Of a stretch of DNA of 64,000 nt, positions 19,128-29,095 are shown in pieces. The first letter of the stretch is position 1, and the number at the start of each line of letters is the position of its first letter. A model generated the notes under the pieces. It was given only the letters and a program-made list of their open reading frames with translations. It made no database searches and was not told the origin of the DNA. The translations under genes and the position numbers were made by a program. The stretch spans positions 41,372-105,371 of the forward strand of contig CAZELA010000001.1 in assembly GCA_964512835.1 (NCBI GenBank), in the 5' to 3' direction. Source of the stretch: an uncultured Candidatus Saccharibacteria bacterium (GTDB lineage: Bacteria; Patescibacteriota; Minisyncoccia; Phycocordibacterales; UBA2100).

Positions 19128-19847
19128 ATGGACGTACATCAATATCACGAGATAGCAGAGCTCGACGCCTCCAACTGGTGGTACACATCCAGGCGCCTGC
19201 TCGTTGAGCGGCTGATGAAAACATACGTGCCGTCACGCGGCTCTGCACTTGATCTCGGATGCGGCACGGGCGCGCACGCGTCCGTCCTACAGGCACATGC
19301 TGACCGCATAACCGGTATCGACCCGTCTGAGGAGGCGCTGCATCACGCCTCGACGCGCGGGTATGACACGCTCCTGCGCGCAGGCGCTGAATCTATACCG
19401 CTTCCCGATGGCTCGTTCACATTTGTGCTTGCGACTGACGTGCTCGAGCATGTAGACGACAGGGCAGCGGTACAAGAATTGAGACGTCTTCTTTCCGGGG
19501 ACGGGATCGTGCTCGCGACGGTGCCCGCGTTCCGATTCCTCTGGCACGGGAACGATGACCATAGCCACCATCTTCGACGATATTCCCGAGACGAGCTGTT
19601 CTCGCTGTTCAGTGAGAACGGTTTTCATGTCCAAACAATCGGCTACTGGAACCGCTTGTTCTTTGTCCCGGTGTGGATCACAGCTCGTCTGTATCGCAAA
19701 AGTGATGCCGCGCTAAAAAACAACCTTTCATCCATTCCGCGTTTTCTTGATCCGATTCTCACGCTATGGATGCGCATCGAGAATTCGATCCTGTCGTTCC
19801 TCCCGTTCGGCGTTTCGCTCTACATCGTGGCGAAAAAGCGGGTCTAA
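19128..19847 (+). CDS. Class I SAM-dependent methyltransferase
   Basis: ALDLGCGTGAHASVL motif I. Start set at the Met 2 nt after the asnB stop; the ORF track extends it upstream to 19077. Confidence 0.55.
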   Translation: MDVHQYHEIAELDASNWWYTSRRLLVERLMKTYVPSRGSALDLGCGTGAHASVLQAHADRITGIDPSEEALHHASTRGYDTLLRAGAESIPLPDGSFTFVLATDVLEHVDDRAAVQELRRLLSGDGIVLATVPAFRFLWHGNDDHSHHLRRYSRDELFSLFSENGFHVQTIGYWNRLFFVPVWITARLYRKSDAALKNNLSSIPRFLDPILTLWMRIENSILSFLPFGVSLYIVAKKRV

Positions 19848-20821
19848 TTCCGCCCTTCAAGAAGTCGAATGATTGTCCGCGTGCGCTCTTCACGTGCCGC
19901 AGGTGCGAGGTGATTGACCGTATCAAAGAACGAGTCGTCGCTGTACACGAAGTCGGATTGCGATCCGAGTATGTGCGTACCGAACAGCTCATGCATCCGG
20001 GCCTCGGATCGCACGAGGTCATGAGCGGCGAGGCGCGCAAGTGTTTCCGGGAGTGCCGGCCAAGAAATATACACGTGCACCCCGCGCTGCTCCTCGGTTT
20101 GTATAAAGGCCGCTATGCGGGCAAGCGTTGTTTCATTGAGCGGAAGCAATAGTGTCTGAGCGGAGCTTGTGCTGAGTTCGCTGCGGGGCAATCGGTACGT
20201 TTCGTTGTCGGACGCGCGATCATCACCGAACGTATTAAATCCGCTCTTACGGTATACGCGGTGATACAGGGTATCGGACCTTCCTGTGAAAGGTCGAACG
20301 ATATACCTGCCGACCATGCTGACGACGCGCGTTGAGAGCCACGTGGGGAACTCACGCACGACCGCGACGAGTGAATGAGTATTCGAGAATGCATAGCGCA
20401 ATCCCGCGGGATTGGCCTGGGCAGCTTCGAGTACAAGAAAACCCGACGCTGAGGGCGACGCGGTCAGAATATCGTATTCCGGGATGATGACCGTTGTGTC
20501 GCCCGAGTTCAGTCCGCCGTGCGCCTGCGAAAGCAGATAGTCGATACGGTATCCGGCGTAGAGGCCGAGGTTAACGGGATGTAGGTCGGTTTCCTCGTCG
20601 ATCAATTGCGAATCGAGACCGAACGCGAGACCTGAACCGCCGATGAATACGGCCCGGGGGTGCGGAGCGTCGTTCAGACGCTTCTCTTTTATGATCTGTG
20701 CGGCGCCGTATGCATCATCGTCTTTGCTTGCAATAAGTATGACGGCAATAAGCGCGGCTACGATCAAAACGCAGATTGCTATATCTACACAATATTTGAA
20801 GAATGTTTCGCGCTCGGTCAT
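19844..20821 (-). CDS. AlgJ/AlgX/DltD-like membrane-anchored protein (putative O-acetylation partner of the MBOAT)
   Basis: N-terminal TM helix then extracytoplasmic domain. Immediately downstream of, and overlapping by a few nt with, the MBOAT gene, as in the AlgI-AlgJ and DltB-DltD pairs. No strong motif recognised. Confidence 0.35.
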   Translation of the reverse strand: MTERETFFKYCVDIAICVLIVAALIAVILIASKDDDAYGAAQIIKEKRLNDAPHPRAVFIGGSGLAFGLDSQLIDEETDLHPVNLGLYAGYRIDYLLSQAHGGLNSGDTTVIIPEYDILTASPSASGFLVLEAAQANPAGLRYAFSNTHSLVAVVREFPTWLSTRVVSMVGRYIVRPFTGRSDTLYHRVYRKSGFNTFGDDRASDNETYRLPRSELSTSSAQTLLLPLNETTLARIAAFIQTEEQRGVHVYISWPALPETLARLAAHDLVRSEARMHELFGTHILGSQSDFVYSDDSFFDTVNHLAPAAREERTRTIIRLLEGRN

Positions 20822-20829
20822 ATCAATGT

Positions 20830-22338
20830 TCAGAACTGGAAATAGATGAAGGGAACTGACGTTGCAAACTGTCCGCATACGAGGACAAAGACCGTAGCTG
20901 CACTGTATGCGAATAGGCGGGCTGTTCTGGGCAAGCGGCCCATGATGCGCGGCAGTATGCCGTGCGCGCGCATGTAGTCGATTGTCTCGAGTATCACGAT
21001 ACCGACGAGTGCGATCGGCACCCCCTGTAGAACAGACAGCGATGTGTCGAACAAGATTGCATGTTTGATGCCCGAGAGGCTCAGGAGATCAGATGCGAAC
21101 GATCCGAGTCCGGTTCCGAACCGGCCGATCATATACAGCGCGCTCGCGAGGTCCGTCGCGCGGAAAAATACCCACGTCACCGAGATGATCGAAAAGGTGC
21201 AGATGATCTGCCAGGCGACGTGCAGACGCTCCAGCGGACCGCGGAACACGAACTGCGTGATTCGGGAGCGCGATGGTCGCGTTATATCCGAGATAATCAT
21301 ATAGAGCGCGTTCAGTGCTCCCCAGATTACAAACGTCCACGCTGCGCCGTGCCACAGACCGCTCAGCAGAAACGTCACCAAAAGGTTGCCGAAGCGGCGT
21401 GACGATGAGACGCGACTGCCGCCGAGCGGGATATAGACGTAATCTCTGAACCAGCTTGATAGCGAGATGTGCCAGCGACGCCAAAACTCAGCGACTGAAC
21501 GGGACGCGTACGGGCGGTTGAAGTTAAGTACGAGCTCGTATCCGAACAAGGTGGCCACGCCGCGTGCGATGTCGGTATAGCCGGAGAAGTCGCAATAGAT
21601 CTGATACGAGAACATCGCTGCGGCGATCATGAGAGAGGGGCCGGAGAATTGATCGGGTGCCGCAAAGGCGGCGTTGACTGCGGGTGCAAGATTATCTGCA
21701 ATGACCAGTTTCTTGAAGAATCCCCACAGGATCAGTTTTGTTCCTCTTCGTGCCCGGTCAAGATCAAAACGTCGACCCTCGAGGATTTCGTTAAGGAGGT
21801 GTGTCGGGCGTTCGATCGGTCCCGCCACAAGCTGCGGAAAAAAGCTCACGTACAGTGCGAGTTTACCGAAATGTGTAGTCGGTCGGACCGACCCGCGATA
21901 GACCTCGATGGTGTAGCTCAGGCTCTGAAAGACATGGAAGGAGATACCGATCGGTAACAGCACATCCAAGACCGGGACGGTCGCGCCGGATCCAAGTGCA
22001 TGCGCAATCGCGCCGTAGGAGCCGAGTACGAAGTTGAAGTATTTAAAAAAGAAAAGGATCCCAAGGTTGGCTGCGAAGCTCACTAAGAGCCATGCGCGCC
22101 GTATATTTTTGTCGGTATTGTCGGCGATCCGCAGCGCGCATGCATAGTCGATCGCTGTTATACAGAGGAGGAGTACACCGTATTCGGGCTTCCATGCCAT
22201 GTAGAAGACGTAGCTCGATACAAGGAGAAAGAGCCACCGGAAGCGTTCCGGCAACAGGTAATACACCGCCGTGACGACCGGAAGAAAGACAAGAAACCTG
22301 ATGTCGACAAAGCTCATATGAGAGCCTGAAGATATCAA
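20830..22338 (-). CDS. MBOAT-family membrane O-acyltransferase (AlgI/DltB-like)
   Basis: 502 aa polytopic. FLPVVTAVYYLLPERFRWLFLLVSSYVFYMAW N-terminus and a conserved His-containing region (WRRWHISLSSWFRDYVYIPLGGSR) typical of MBOAT. Confidence 0.75.
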   Translation of the reverse strand: MISSGSHMSFVDIRFLVFLPVVTAVYYLLPERFRWLFLLVSSYVFYMAWKPEYGVLLLCITAIDYACALRIADNTDKNIRRAWLLVSFAANLGILFFFKYFNFVLGSYGAIAHALGSGATVPVLDVLLPIGISFHVFQSLSYTIEVYRGSVRPTTHFGKLALYVSFFPQLVAGPIERPTHLLNEILEGRRFDLDRARRGTKLILWGFFKKLVIADNLAPAVNAAFAAPDQFSGPSLMIAAAMFSYQIYCDFSGYTDIARGVATLFGYELVLNFNRPYASRSVAEFWRRWHISLSSWFRDYVYIPLGGSRVSSSRRFGNLLVTFLLSGLWHGAAWTFVIWGALNALYMIISDITRPSRSRITQFVFRGPLERLHVAWQIICTFSIISVTWVFFRATDLASALYMIGRFGTGLGSFASDLLSLSGIKHAILFDTSLSVLQGVPIALVGIVILETIDYMRAHGILPRIMGRLPRTARLFAYSAATVFVLVCGQFATSVPFIYFQF

Positions 22339-22340
22339 AT

Positions 22341-23483
22341 TTGGCCCGTTCGTATAGCGTGTACCGGCTTGCTCACGTCGGCAAATATAGACATACTACG
22401 ATCGCTACAGAGACGTATATGCACACAATCCGCTCACACGCGTTCGTCCTGGGAACCCTATTGCTCCTCTGTTTTAGTGTCGCATTCCTGAAACTCGGCA
22501 CGGTGGGTACGACCCGCAGTGGTGACTACGAAACGTACGTGCAGACCGCGATGTATTTAAAGGGTGAGCCCGTGGAACCAAGCACGCCAATGACCATACC
22601 GCAGCGTCTGTTGAAGCCGCTTGCACCGCTCACTGTTGCAGTCCTCAGCGAATATATGAGTTTTCCGTCAGCGCTCCTGCTGCAATCTTTGGTTTTTTAC
22701 GGGGCGTTGGTGATCGCACTGTATCTGCTTGCGTATGAATTTTTTCGCGAACGGACCTACGCTGTGTACTTTGTCCTGCTTTCAGCACTGAGTTATCCCG
22801 TGCTGAAGTACGGGATTGATGTGTATACCGAGACAGGGGCGCTCTTTTTTTATGTACTCTCCCTGTATTTCACGCTACGGTTCTCTCGAAACGCTTCGCA
22901 TAAACTGTTCCTCGTTAACATTTGCACGATCGCGGTCGGATTCATGTGGAAGGAATACAGTGTCGTTTCAGGCATTGTGTTCGGTTTCGTGATCTTGTTC
23001 CATCCCGAGCTTTCGCTACGTCGGAAGACGGTTTACATCGCGATATACACCCTGCTCATCGGCGCTATCACCGTCCCGCTACAACTCTACGTTCTAAGAA
23101 CATTCGATTTCACGTTTCTTACCTGGTACCGCCTCGGAGGCGCGACCGGTTTTTCATACGAGTTCACGCTGAAAAATATCGTCAAAAGTACCGCGGCACT
23201 TATTGGTATCGCGTGGCTTGCGGTACCCGGGGGACTTCGACGAATGCAGGATATGGACGGACCGCATAAAAGATTCCTATGGACTGCGCTGCCTGTTCCG
23301 CTCATCGGATATGTGTGGGGGTATATATCATCGCGGTTACTGTACGTGGTTGCGATTCCGTATCTGATCGTCGCTCTCATTGAAATGAGGTCATGGAGCC
23401 CGCGCGCTCAATACATTTTTGTCGGGCTCGCGATTATCGCGAATTTCGCATGGCTTTTCCTTTCATATCGGATTACCCTGTAA
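22341..23483 (+). CDS. Polytopic integral membrane protein (possible GT-C-type glycosyltransferase/polymerase)
   Basis: ~10 hydrophobic segments, no recognisable soluble domain. The true start may be the internal Met at 22419. Confidence 0.35.
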   Translation: MARSYSVYRLAHVGKYRHTTIATETYMHTIRSHAFVLGTLLLLCFSVAFLKLGTVGTTRSGDYETYVQTAMYLKGEPVEPSTPMTIPQRLLKPLAPLTVAVLSEYMSFPSALLLQSLVFYGALVIALYLLAYEFFRERTYAVYFVLLSALSYPVLKYGIDVYTETGALFFYVLSLYFTLRFSRNASHKLFLVNICTIAVGFMWKEYSVVSGIVFGFVILFHPELSLRRKTVYIAIYTLLIGAITVPLQLYVLRTFDFTFLTWYRLGGATGFSYEFTLKNIVKSTAALIGIAWLAVPGGLRRMQDMDGPHKRFLWTALPVPLIGYVWGYISSRLLYVVAIPYLIVALIEMRSWSPRAQYIFVGLAIIANFAWLFLSYRITL

Positions 23484-23486
23484 CCG

Positions 23487-24866
23487 ATGAAGACGATATT
23501 TCTCTCCGTGTATGACGGCGACACTGAAAAGAATGTGTTGCGTACCGGTACGTTTCCGTTGTTGAAAGCATCGGGACATCGGATTGTTCTACTGATCCGC
23601 GGTGACGATCGTCTCGCGTACTATAAAAGGGAATTCGAGGAGGGGAGTGTATTCGTGGAATCGCTCCCCGTTGCGACAACGGCCGCGGAGCGGTTTTGGT
23701 ACTTTGTCGGGTGGAATACGCTCCCGACGCGTGCCGCGGAGATTCGGCGGCACATGTATCTTGCGCGAGGGTGGCCCCGATCGCGTTATCTCTTTGGGCG
23801 GGCGCTCGGTTTTCTGGGACAGTTCCGTGTGTGGCGTGAATGTTTACGAATGCTCTATGGCGCTATGCCTGACACGTATGCAAGCGCTTTATTCGAAAAG
23901 TACCGACCCGACATACTCTTTGCGCCGGGAATGTTCTCTCCGGAGGACTGCCGACTATTGCGTCAGGCGAAGCGCCGCAGCGTGAAAACGGTCGCAACGG
24001 CCAAGAGTTGGGATGTGTTGACGACAAAAGCGTTCACGAGAGTCAAAGCTGACAGGCTTCTGGTATTCAACGAATTCAACCGTCAGGAAGCGATTGAGCT
24101 GGGTGATTACCCGCCTGCCCACGTCGTTGTGACGGGTTTCCCGCAGTTCGATGCGTACGCACACGCAGAGCTATTTTCGACGCGCGAGGATTTTTTTGCA
24201 CGGCTCGGCTTGGATCCCGCGAAGAAGCTCGTGTGTATCGCGGTTCCCGGCGACTGGAAAACGCCGTACACGAAACAGATCATGGCAGAGCTTGACCGTC
24301 GTATCGAAAACGGCGCGATCCGAAAACCGGTCCAGGTCCTCGCACGTTTCCATCCGAAGTATCCCGATGCGGCAGAAGGTTTGAAACTGAAGCATTTTGT
24401 TTTCAATCGACCCGGTACGCACCTCTCTGCCACGAAGGAATTTGCGATTGATGTCGGAGTCTCGGGGACCTTTGCGTGGACGTTCACCGACGCGGATATT
24501 CGCCATCTGGCCGACACGATGAAATACAGCGACGTCGTAATCAATACAGAATCCACGCTTACTTTGGATGCATCCGCGAACGATACGCCGGTGATCCTGA
24601 TCGGATATGACGGTGATGAACAGGTGCCGTACTGGGATTCCGTGGCGCGCATCTATGAGCGCGAGCATTACACGCATGTGACAGATACGGGCGCCGCGCC
24701 GCTCGTTACGGATCACGATGGGCTTGTCGCGGCGATCAATACATTCCTGGATGATCCCGAATATAAGCGAGCCGAGAGGGAATCGTTGAAAAAAGACATG
24801 CTGTTCAGGATTGACGGCAAAGCGGCAGAGCGAGTTGTAGGGACCATACTCCAGTTGGTGGGGTAA
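23487..24866 (+). CDS. GT-B-fold protein, possibly CDP-glycerol glycerophosphotransferase (TagB/TagF)-like
   Basis: 459 aa. Weak resemblance of LVCIAVPGDWKTPY to the TagF YAPTWR region. Located in the glycan locus. Confidence 0.3.
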   Translation: MKTIFLSVYDGDTEKNVLRTGTFPLLKASGHRIVLLIRGDDRLAYYKREFEEGSVFVESLPVATTAAERFWYFVGWNTLPTRAAEIRRHMYLARGWPRSRYLFGRALGFLGQFRVWRECLRMLYGAMPDTYASALFEKYRPDILFAPGMFSPEDCRLLRQAKRRSVKTVATAKSWDVLTTKAFTRVKADRLLVFNEFNRQEAIELGDYPPAHVVVTGFPQFDAYAHAELFSTREDFFARLGLDPAKKLVCIAVPGDWKTPYTKQIMAELDRRIENGAIRKPVQVLARFHPKYPDAAEGLKLKHFVFNRPGTHLSATKEFAIDVGVSGTFAWTFTDADIRHLADTMKYSDVVINTESTLTLDASANDTPVILIGYDGDEQVPYWDSVARIYEREHYTHVTDTGAAPLVTDHDGLVAAINTFLDDPEYKRAERESLKKDMLFRIDGKAAERVVGTILQLVG

Positions 24867-24910
24867 AAAAGATCGGCTCCGCGCAAGGCGGAGCCGTATG
24901 AGTCGAAAGA

Positions 24911-25975
24911 TCATGCCACACGAGCACTGTGCTCGTGTGCGAATACGGCGCCGAGCATTGCGGCGAGCGATTCCTGTGCAGACATGCGCCTCACCGCTGT
25001 CGATTGATGTGAGCGCAGTATGGTCGGATTGTCCGCAATGATGAGCATTGCCGTCGCGAGCTCCACCCATGTCTCGTTGTAGATATCGAGCACTGCGCCG
25101 GAGTCGTAGAAATAGCCGAACCAGCTCCCGGTGTCCTTCTTCAGCCAGTCCTGCGACGAGTCTTCGAAGTAGTCGATCACAGGTATCAATTGCGCAAGCG
25201 CGTGCACACGCAATGACGTGCCGTTGATCACAAGATCGACGCCGGGTAGCAAATCATCACCCGTTCCGTCGTACCAGTACAGCTGCACGTGGTGTGCTTC
25301 GGCAATCGTCGTGAGGTGCGCGTACCGCTCCTGCTCCGCCTTGTCGCCGGGGTGGCGGGAGAGAACGACGAGTCGATTCTCCCAATGCAGGCCGGCAGCG
25401 CGGATCGTGGCTTTCCACACGGTGATGTTGTGATCGGGGTCTTTCGTGCCCGGAGCAAACACGACGTACTGTCGTTCGTTTGCGTGCACGAGTGCTCGCG
25501 CCTGATCACGGTCCTTCGGTTCAAAGTACGTTGCCCACTGCGGATTTCCCGTAGCGGTCACCTGCGCGGCAGGGAACGTCGTCGTTGCAGCAATCATCTC
25601 ATCCTCGCTGACCACCAGCACGAAGTTCGCCTTGAGGCGAAACTCGGCAAAGTGATCCCGCCGGTATGCGCCGTGTGCGTCGGCGAAGAAGCCGAACCGC
25701 TTACGGTGTGTGAGACAGAATCGAGCGGCGTCGATTTCGACGCCGGCGTTCTGTTCGGATGACATGCCGATCACAACGACGTCTGCGTTCTTCACTTTTT
25801 CCTCGAGTCCGAAGAGGCTTGGTCCGAGGATCGAGCCTCCGTCGAGAAGGATGAAATCGGTGCTGAACCCGCTTTCGGCCGCATGGCTTATCAGCATGCG
25901 CAGCGCCTTTGACGGGGTCGTGTCGTGGGCGACACACAAGAGCGTAGGGGCTTTGGTGCGGTCCTGTTGAGCCAT
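24911..25975 (-). CDS. Hypothetical protein (GT-B-like alpha/beta; NeuC/PseG-type accessory role possible)
   Basis: 354-aa ORF with alternating alpha/beta pattern. The only minus-strand gene beside the neuA/neuB-like pair. No diagnostic motif. Confidence 0.3.
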   Translation of the reverse strand: MAQQDRTKAPTLLCVAHDTTPSKALRMLISHAAESGFSTDFILLDGGSILGPSLFGLEEKVKNADVVVIGMSSEQNAGVEIDAARFCLTHRKRFGFFADAHGAYRRDHFAEFRLKANFVLVVSEDEMIAATTTFPAAQVTATGNPQWATYFEPKDRDQARALVHANERQYVVFAPGTKDPDHNITVWKATIRAAGLHWENRLVVLSRHPGDKAEQERYAHLTTIAEAHHVQLYWYDGTGDDLLPGVDLVINGTSLRVHALAQLIPVIDYFEDSSQDWLKKDTGSWFGYFYDSGAVLDIYNETWVELATAMLIIADNPTILRSHQSTAVRRMSAQESLAAMLGAVFAHEHSARVA

Positions 25976-26064
25976 TTCGGCCTCCCGGGCTGTGACTTTG
26001 AACTCGGAGACTTATGACACACTATTGCCATTCTGACAAGACACGTGCAAAAAGACGATGTACA

Positions 26065-26808
26065 ATGCGCGGCATGGAAATTTTGGCCATCATTCCGGCC
26101 CGAGGGGGCTCCAAGGGTATACCGGGCAAGAACATCAAACCGCTTAACGGTCGACCGCTCATTGCGTGGACTATCGATGCTGCAAAGGGTTCAAAACACA
26201 TCACACGCACCATTGTCTCGACCGACGACGAGGGAATTGCCGCTATTGCGCGAGAACACGGTGCTGAGGTGCCGTTCATTCGACCGACCGAGATCTCGGG
26301 GGACCTCTCAACCGATGTAGAATTCCTGACCCACGCGCTCGATCATCTTCAGGAGACCGAAGGATATGTGCCGGATGTTGTGCTTCGTTTGCCGCCGACA
26401 TCGCCGCTGCGTACAGCTGCGCATATCGACGAGGGGATCGAGGTGCTCTTGAATGACGAATCGCTCGATGCGGTTCGCCCGATCGTCGAAGCACCGAAGC
26501 ATCCGTACAAATTCTGGAAGATCGCGCAGGACGGCACAACGCTCGAACCGTTCCTCCCGAAAGCATTTACCGGATTTGACGAGCCGCAGAATCTGCCGCG
26601 ACAGCTGTTCCCGAAAGTCCACATGCACACGGGCGCCATGGATATTATGCGTACTAAAACGGTGCGCGAACTTAAATCGACGTCGGGAAAGCGCCTCGGA
26701 TTTTTCTTTATGTCTCCGGAAGATTCGGTCAATATCGATTCCCCGATGGACTTTGAAATGGCTGAGAAATATCTTACGTTCAAGGGAGAGGCAGAGAGGG
26801 GTATATAA
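26065..26808 (+). CDS. neuA: Acylneuraminate (nonulosonic acid) cytidylyltransferase, CMP-NeuAc synthetase family
   Basis: ILAIIPARGGSKGIPGKNIKPLNGRPLIAWTIDAA is the canonical CMP-sugar synthetase N-terminus (CTP_transf_3). Confidence 0.75.
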   Translation: MRGMEILAIIPARGGSKGIPGKNIKPLNGRPLIAWTIDAAKGSKHITRTIVSTDDEGIAAIAREHGAEVPFIRPTEISGDLSTDVEFLTHALDHLQETEGYVPDVVLRLPPTSPLRTAAHIDEGIEVLLNDESLDAVRPIVEAPKHPYKFWKIAQDGTTLEPFLPKAFTGFDEPQNLPRQLFPKVHMHTGAMDIMRTKTVRELKSTSGKRLGFFFMSPEDSVNIDSPMDFEMAEKYLTFKGEAERGI

Positions 26809-26867
26809 GGCAACGATTTGTTGATTTGTATAGTTGACGAATTGTGCATCCACGGCACAATTTGCAC

Positions 26868-28397
26868 ATGACTACTTCAAGCGGCAAGTTCGACTTTACC
26901 GACCTTTTTACCCTGGAGATGGCGAATAACCATCAGGGCTCCGTTGATCACGGCCTTAAGATCATCGACCAGTTCTCGAAAGTTGTTAAAAAGCACGGCG
27001 TGAAAGCCTGCATCAAACTCCAGTTTCGCGATCTGGATACGTTTATTCATCCGGCAGACATAAAGAAGACCGACAATAAGCACGTGCCGCGCTTCCTCTC
27101 CACGAAACTCACGCGAAAGGATTTCAAAGTACTCGTCGATGCCACCCGAAAGGCCGGGCTCGTGACGATGGCAACTCCGTTTGACGAGGCCTCTGTTGAA
27201 ACCGTTAAAGAGTTGAACGTCGATATTTTGAAGATCGCATCGTGCTCCGCGAAGGATTGGCCGCTTTTGGAGAAAGCCGCAGCTGCCGGTAAACCGATGA
27301 TTGTGTCGGTGGGTGGAATGACGATTGAAGAGATCGACCGCTTGGTCTCGTTCCTCGATCACCGGTATGTACACTTTGCGCTGATGCACTGCGTCGCAAT
27401 TTACCCGACGCCGAACAATAAATTGAACCTCGGACACATCGAGATCCTCCGCGAGCGTTATCCCGGTATCATGATCGGATTCTCGACCCACGAAGAACCG
27501 GACAACATGGCGGCTATTCAGATCGCCTATGGTAAGGGTGCGCGGATTTTCGAGCGACATGTGGGGGTTCCGACGAAGACGATTTCGCTCAATGCGTATT
27601 CCTCGACTCCGGAACAGATCGACCGTTGGATAGAGGCATGGAAAGTCGCACGAGACGCCGAAGGCCCTGCAACATGGGAATCCGATCCTAAAGAAGATGC
27701 GGATCTCGCGTCCCTCAAGCGTGGAGTCTTTGCAAAGAAAGCGATCAAGAAGGGTCAGTCGCTCAAGCGTTCAGACGTGTATTTTGCATTCCCGTACCGC
27801 GAAGGCCAGCTCTCCAGCGGTGAATTCAAAGAGGGAATGGTCGTTTCCGACAAGGCGTACAAGATCGACGAAGCGATAGCGCACGCAACAAGGGATTTCA
27901 CACCGACCGCGCAGGATCTCGTGTATCACCCGATCCACGAAGTAAAAGCGATGCTCAACAAGGCAGGCATTGCGCTCCCGGTCGATTTTTCGATCGACCT
28001 CTCGCATCACTACGGACTCGAAAACTTCCGCAAGGTCGGAGCCGTCATCATCGATGTCATTAACCGCGAGTACTGCAAGAAGATCATCGTGCAGCTTCCC
28101 GGGCAGGAACACCCGTATCATCACCACCTGCAAAAGGAAGAGGCGTTCCATGTGCTCTCCGGTGTGATGGAGTTGGAGCTTGAGGGCCGCCGAATGACGT
28201 TGCATCCGGGCGATGTTGCCGTCGTGCAACGCGGCGTGAAGCACCGCTTCTGGACCGACACGGGCGTTATATTCGAAGAGGTCTCGTCGACGCACTTCAA
28301 CAATGATTCGTTCTACGAGGATACCGCCATCAGTAACTTGCCGCGCGAAGCACGCAAGACAAAACTCTCAAATTGGGGTCGCCACCATTTCGACTAA
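26868..28397 (+). CDS. neuB: N-acylneuraminate/nonulosonate synthase (NeuB family) with C-terminal cupin extension
   Basis: EMANNHQGSVDHGLKIIDQ (NeuB TIM-barrel N-terminus) and KPMIVSVGGMTIEEI. A SAF-like segment is followed by an extra ~120-aa cupin-like tail (PGQEHPYHHH...HPGDVAVVQRGVKHRF). Confidence 0.7.
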   Translation: MTTSSGKFDFTDLFTLEMANNHQGSVDHGLKIIDQFSKVVKKHGVKACIKLQFRDLDTFIHPADIKKTDNKHVPRFLSTKLTRKDFKVLVDATRKAGLVTMATPFDEASVETVKELNVDILKIASCSAKDWPLLEKAAAAGKPMIVSVGGMTIEEIDRLVSFLDHRYVHFALMHCVAIYPTPNNKLNLGHIEILRERYPGIMIGFSTHEEPDNMAAIQIAYGKGARIFERHVGVPTKTISLNAYSSTPEQIDRWIEAWKVARDAEGPATWESDPKEDADLASLKRGVFAKKAIKKGQSLKRSDVYFAFPYREGQLSSGEFKEGMVVSDKAYKIDEAIAHATRDFTPTAQDLVYHPIHEVKAMLNKAGIALPVDFSIDLSHHYGLENFRKVGAVIIDVINREYCKKIIVQLPGQEHPYHHHLQKEEAFHVLSGVMELELEGRRMTLHPGDVAVVQRGVKHRFWTDTGVIFEEVSSTHFNNDSFYEDTAISNLPREARKTKLSNWGRHHFD

Positions 28398-28399
28398 CC

Positions 28400-29065
28400 A
28401 TGAAGGTTGTCGTATTTGATTTCGACGGGGTGCTTATCCCTTCAGAGGAGATTAAGCAGAACGGGTATCGTTGGATGTTCAGTGAATTCGGCGAAGATGT
28501 ACCGGAAGAGGCGATACGACTCGCGCGCGAGGAGTTTTCGAACGCGCGCGGTAACCGCTACGACATCATCCGGTCTATATGCGCTCGTATCGGCAAGACC
28601 GATATCGAGTCCGATGTCACGAAATATGCGGAGCGATTCGGCGATGTGGTCCGGAACAAGCTCGCAGCGTTCACGGTCGAGCCAAACGTGCGGGCCATGC
28701 TCGAGCGTGCGGGGAAAGGCGGTCCGCTCTACATCAACTCGAACACCCCTGACGAGCCGCTCAAAGAAACGCTGCGCTCGCTCGGCATCGCGGATCTGTT
28801 CAAGGGGGTTCGCGGGTCGAGTGACGGGAGTTCAAAGGCCGATCGTCTCCACGACATCGCGCGTGCCGAGGGAGTAACGGCGAGTGACTTGGTGTTTATC
28901 GGCGACGGCGAGGGTGATCGCGCAGCTGCCGAGATGGCCGGTTGCGAATTCATCGGTATCGCAACAGACCTGAACGGTTGGAAGACCGGCTCCGAGTTCA
29001 CGGTGCTTGGATCCGTCTCTGAGTTCGGGATATCAAAGCGCGGCGGATTTGAGCGCATGGTATAA
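28400..29065 (+). CDS. HAD-superfamily hydrolase/phosphatase
   Basis: VVFDFDGVL (motif I DxDGV) and FIGDGEGD (motif IV). Confidence 0.6.
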   Translation: MKVVVFDFDGVLIPSEEIKQNGYRWMFSEFGEDVPEEAIRLAREEFSNARGNRYDIIRSICARIGKTDIESDVTKYAERFGDVVRNKLAAFTVEPNVRAMLERAGKGGPLYINSNTPDEPLKETLRSLGIADLFKGVRGSSDGSSKADRLHDIARAEGVTASDLVFIGDGEGDRAAAEMAGCEFIGIATDLNGWKTGSEFTVLGSVSEFGISKRGGFERMV

Positions 29066-29095
29066 AACAGTACAACTAATTTTTTTTTGATTCTT

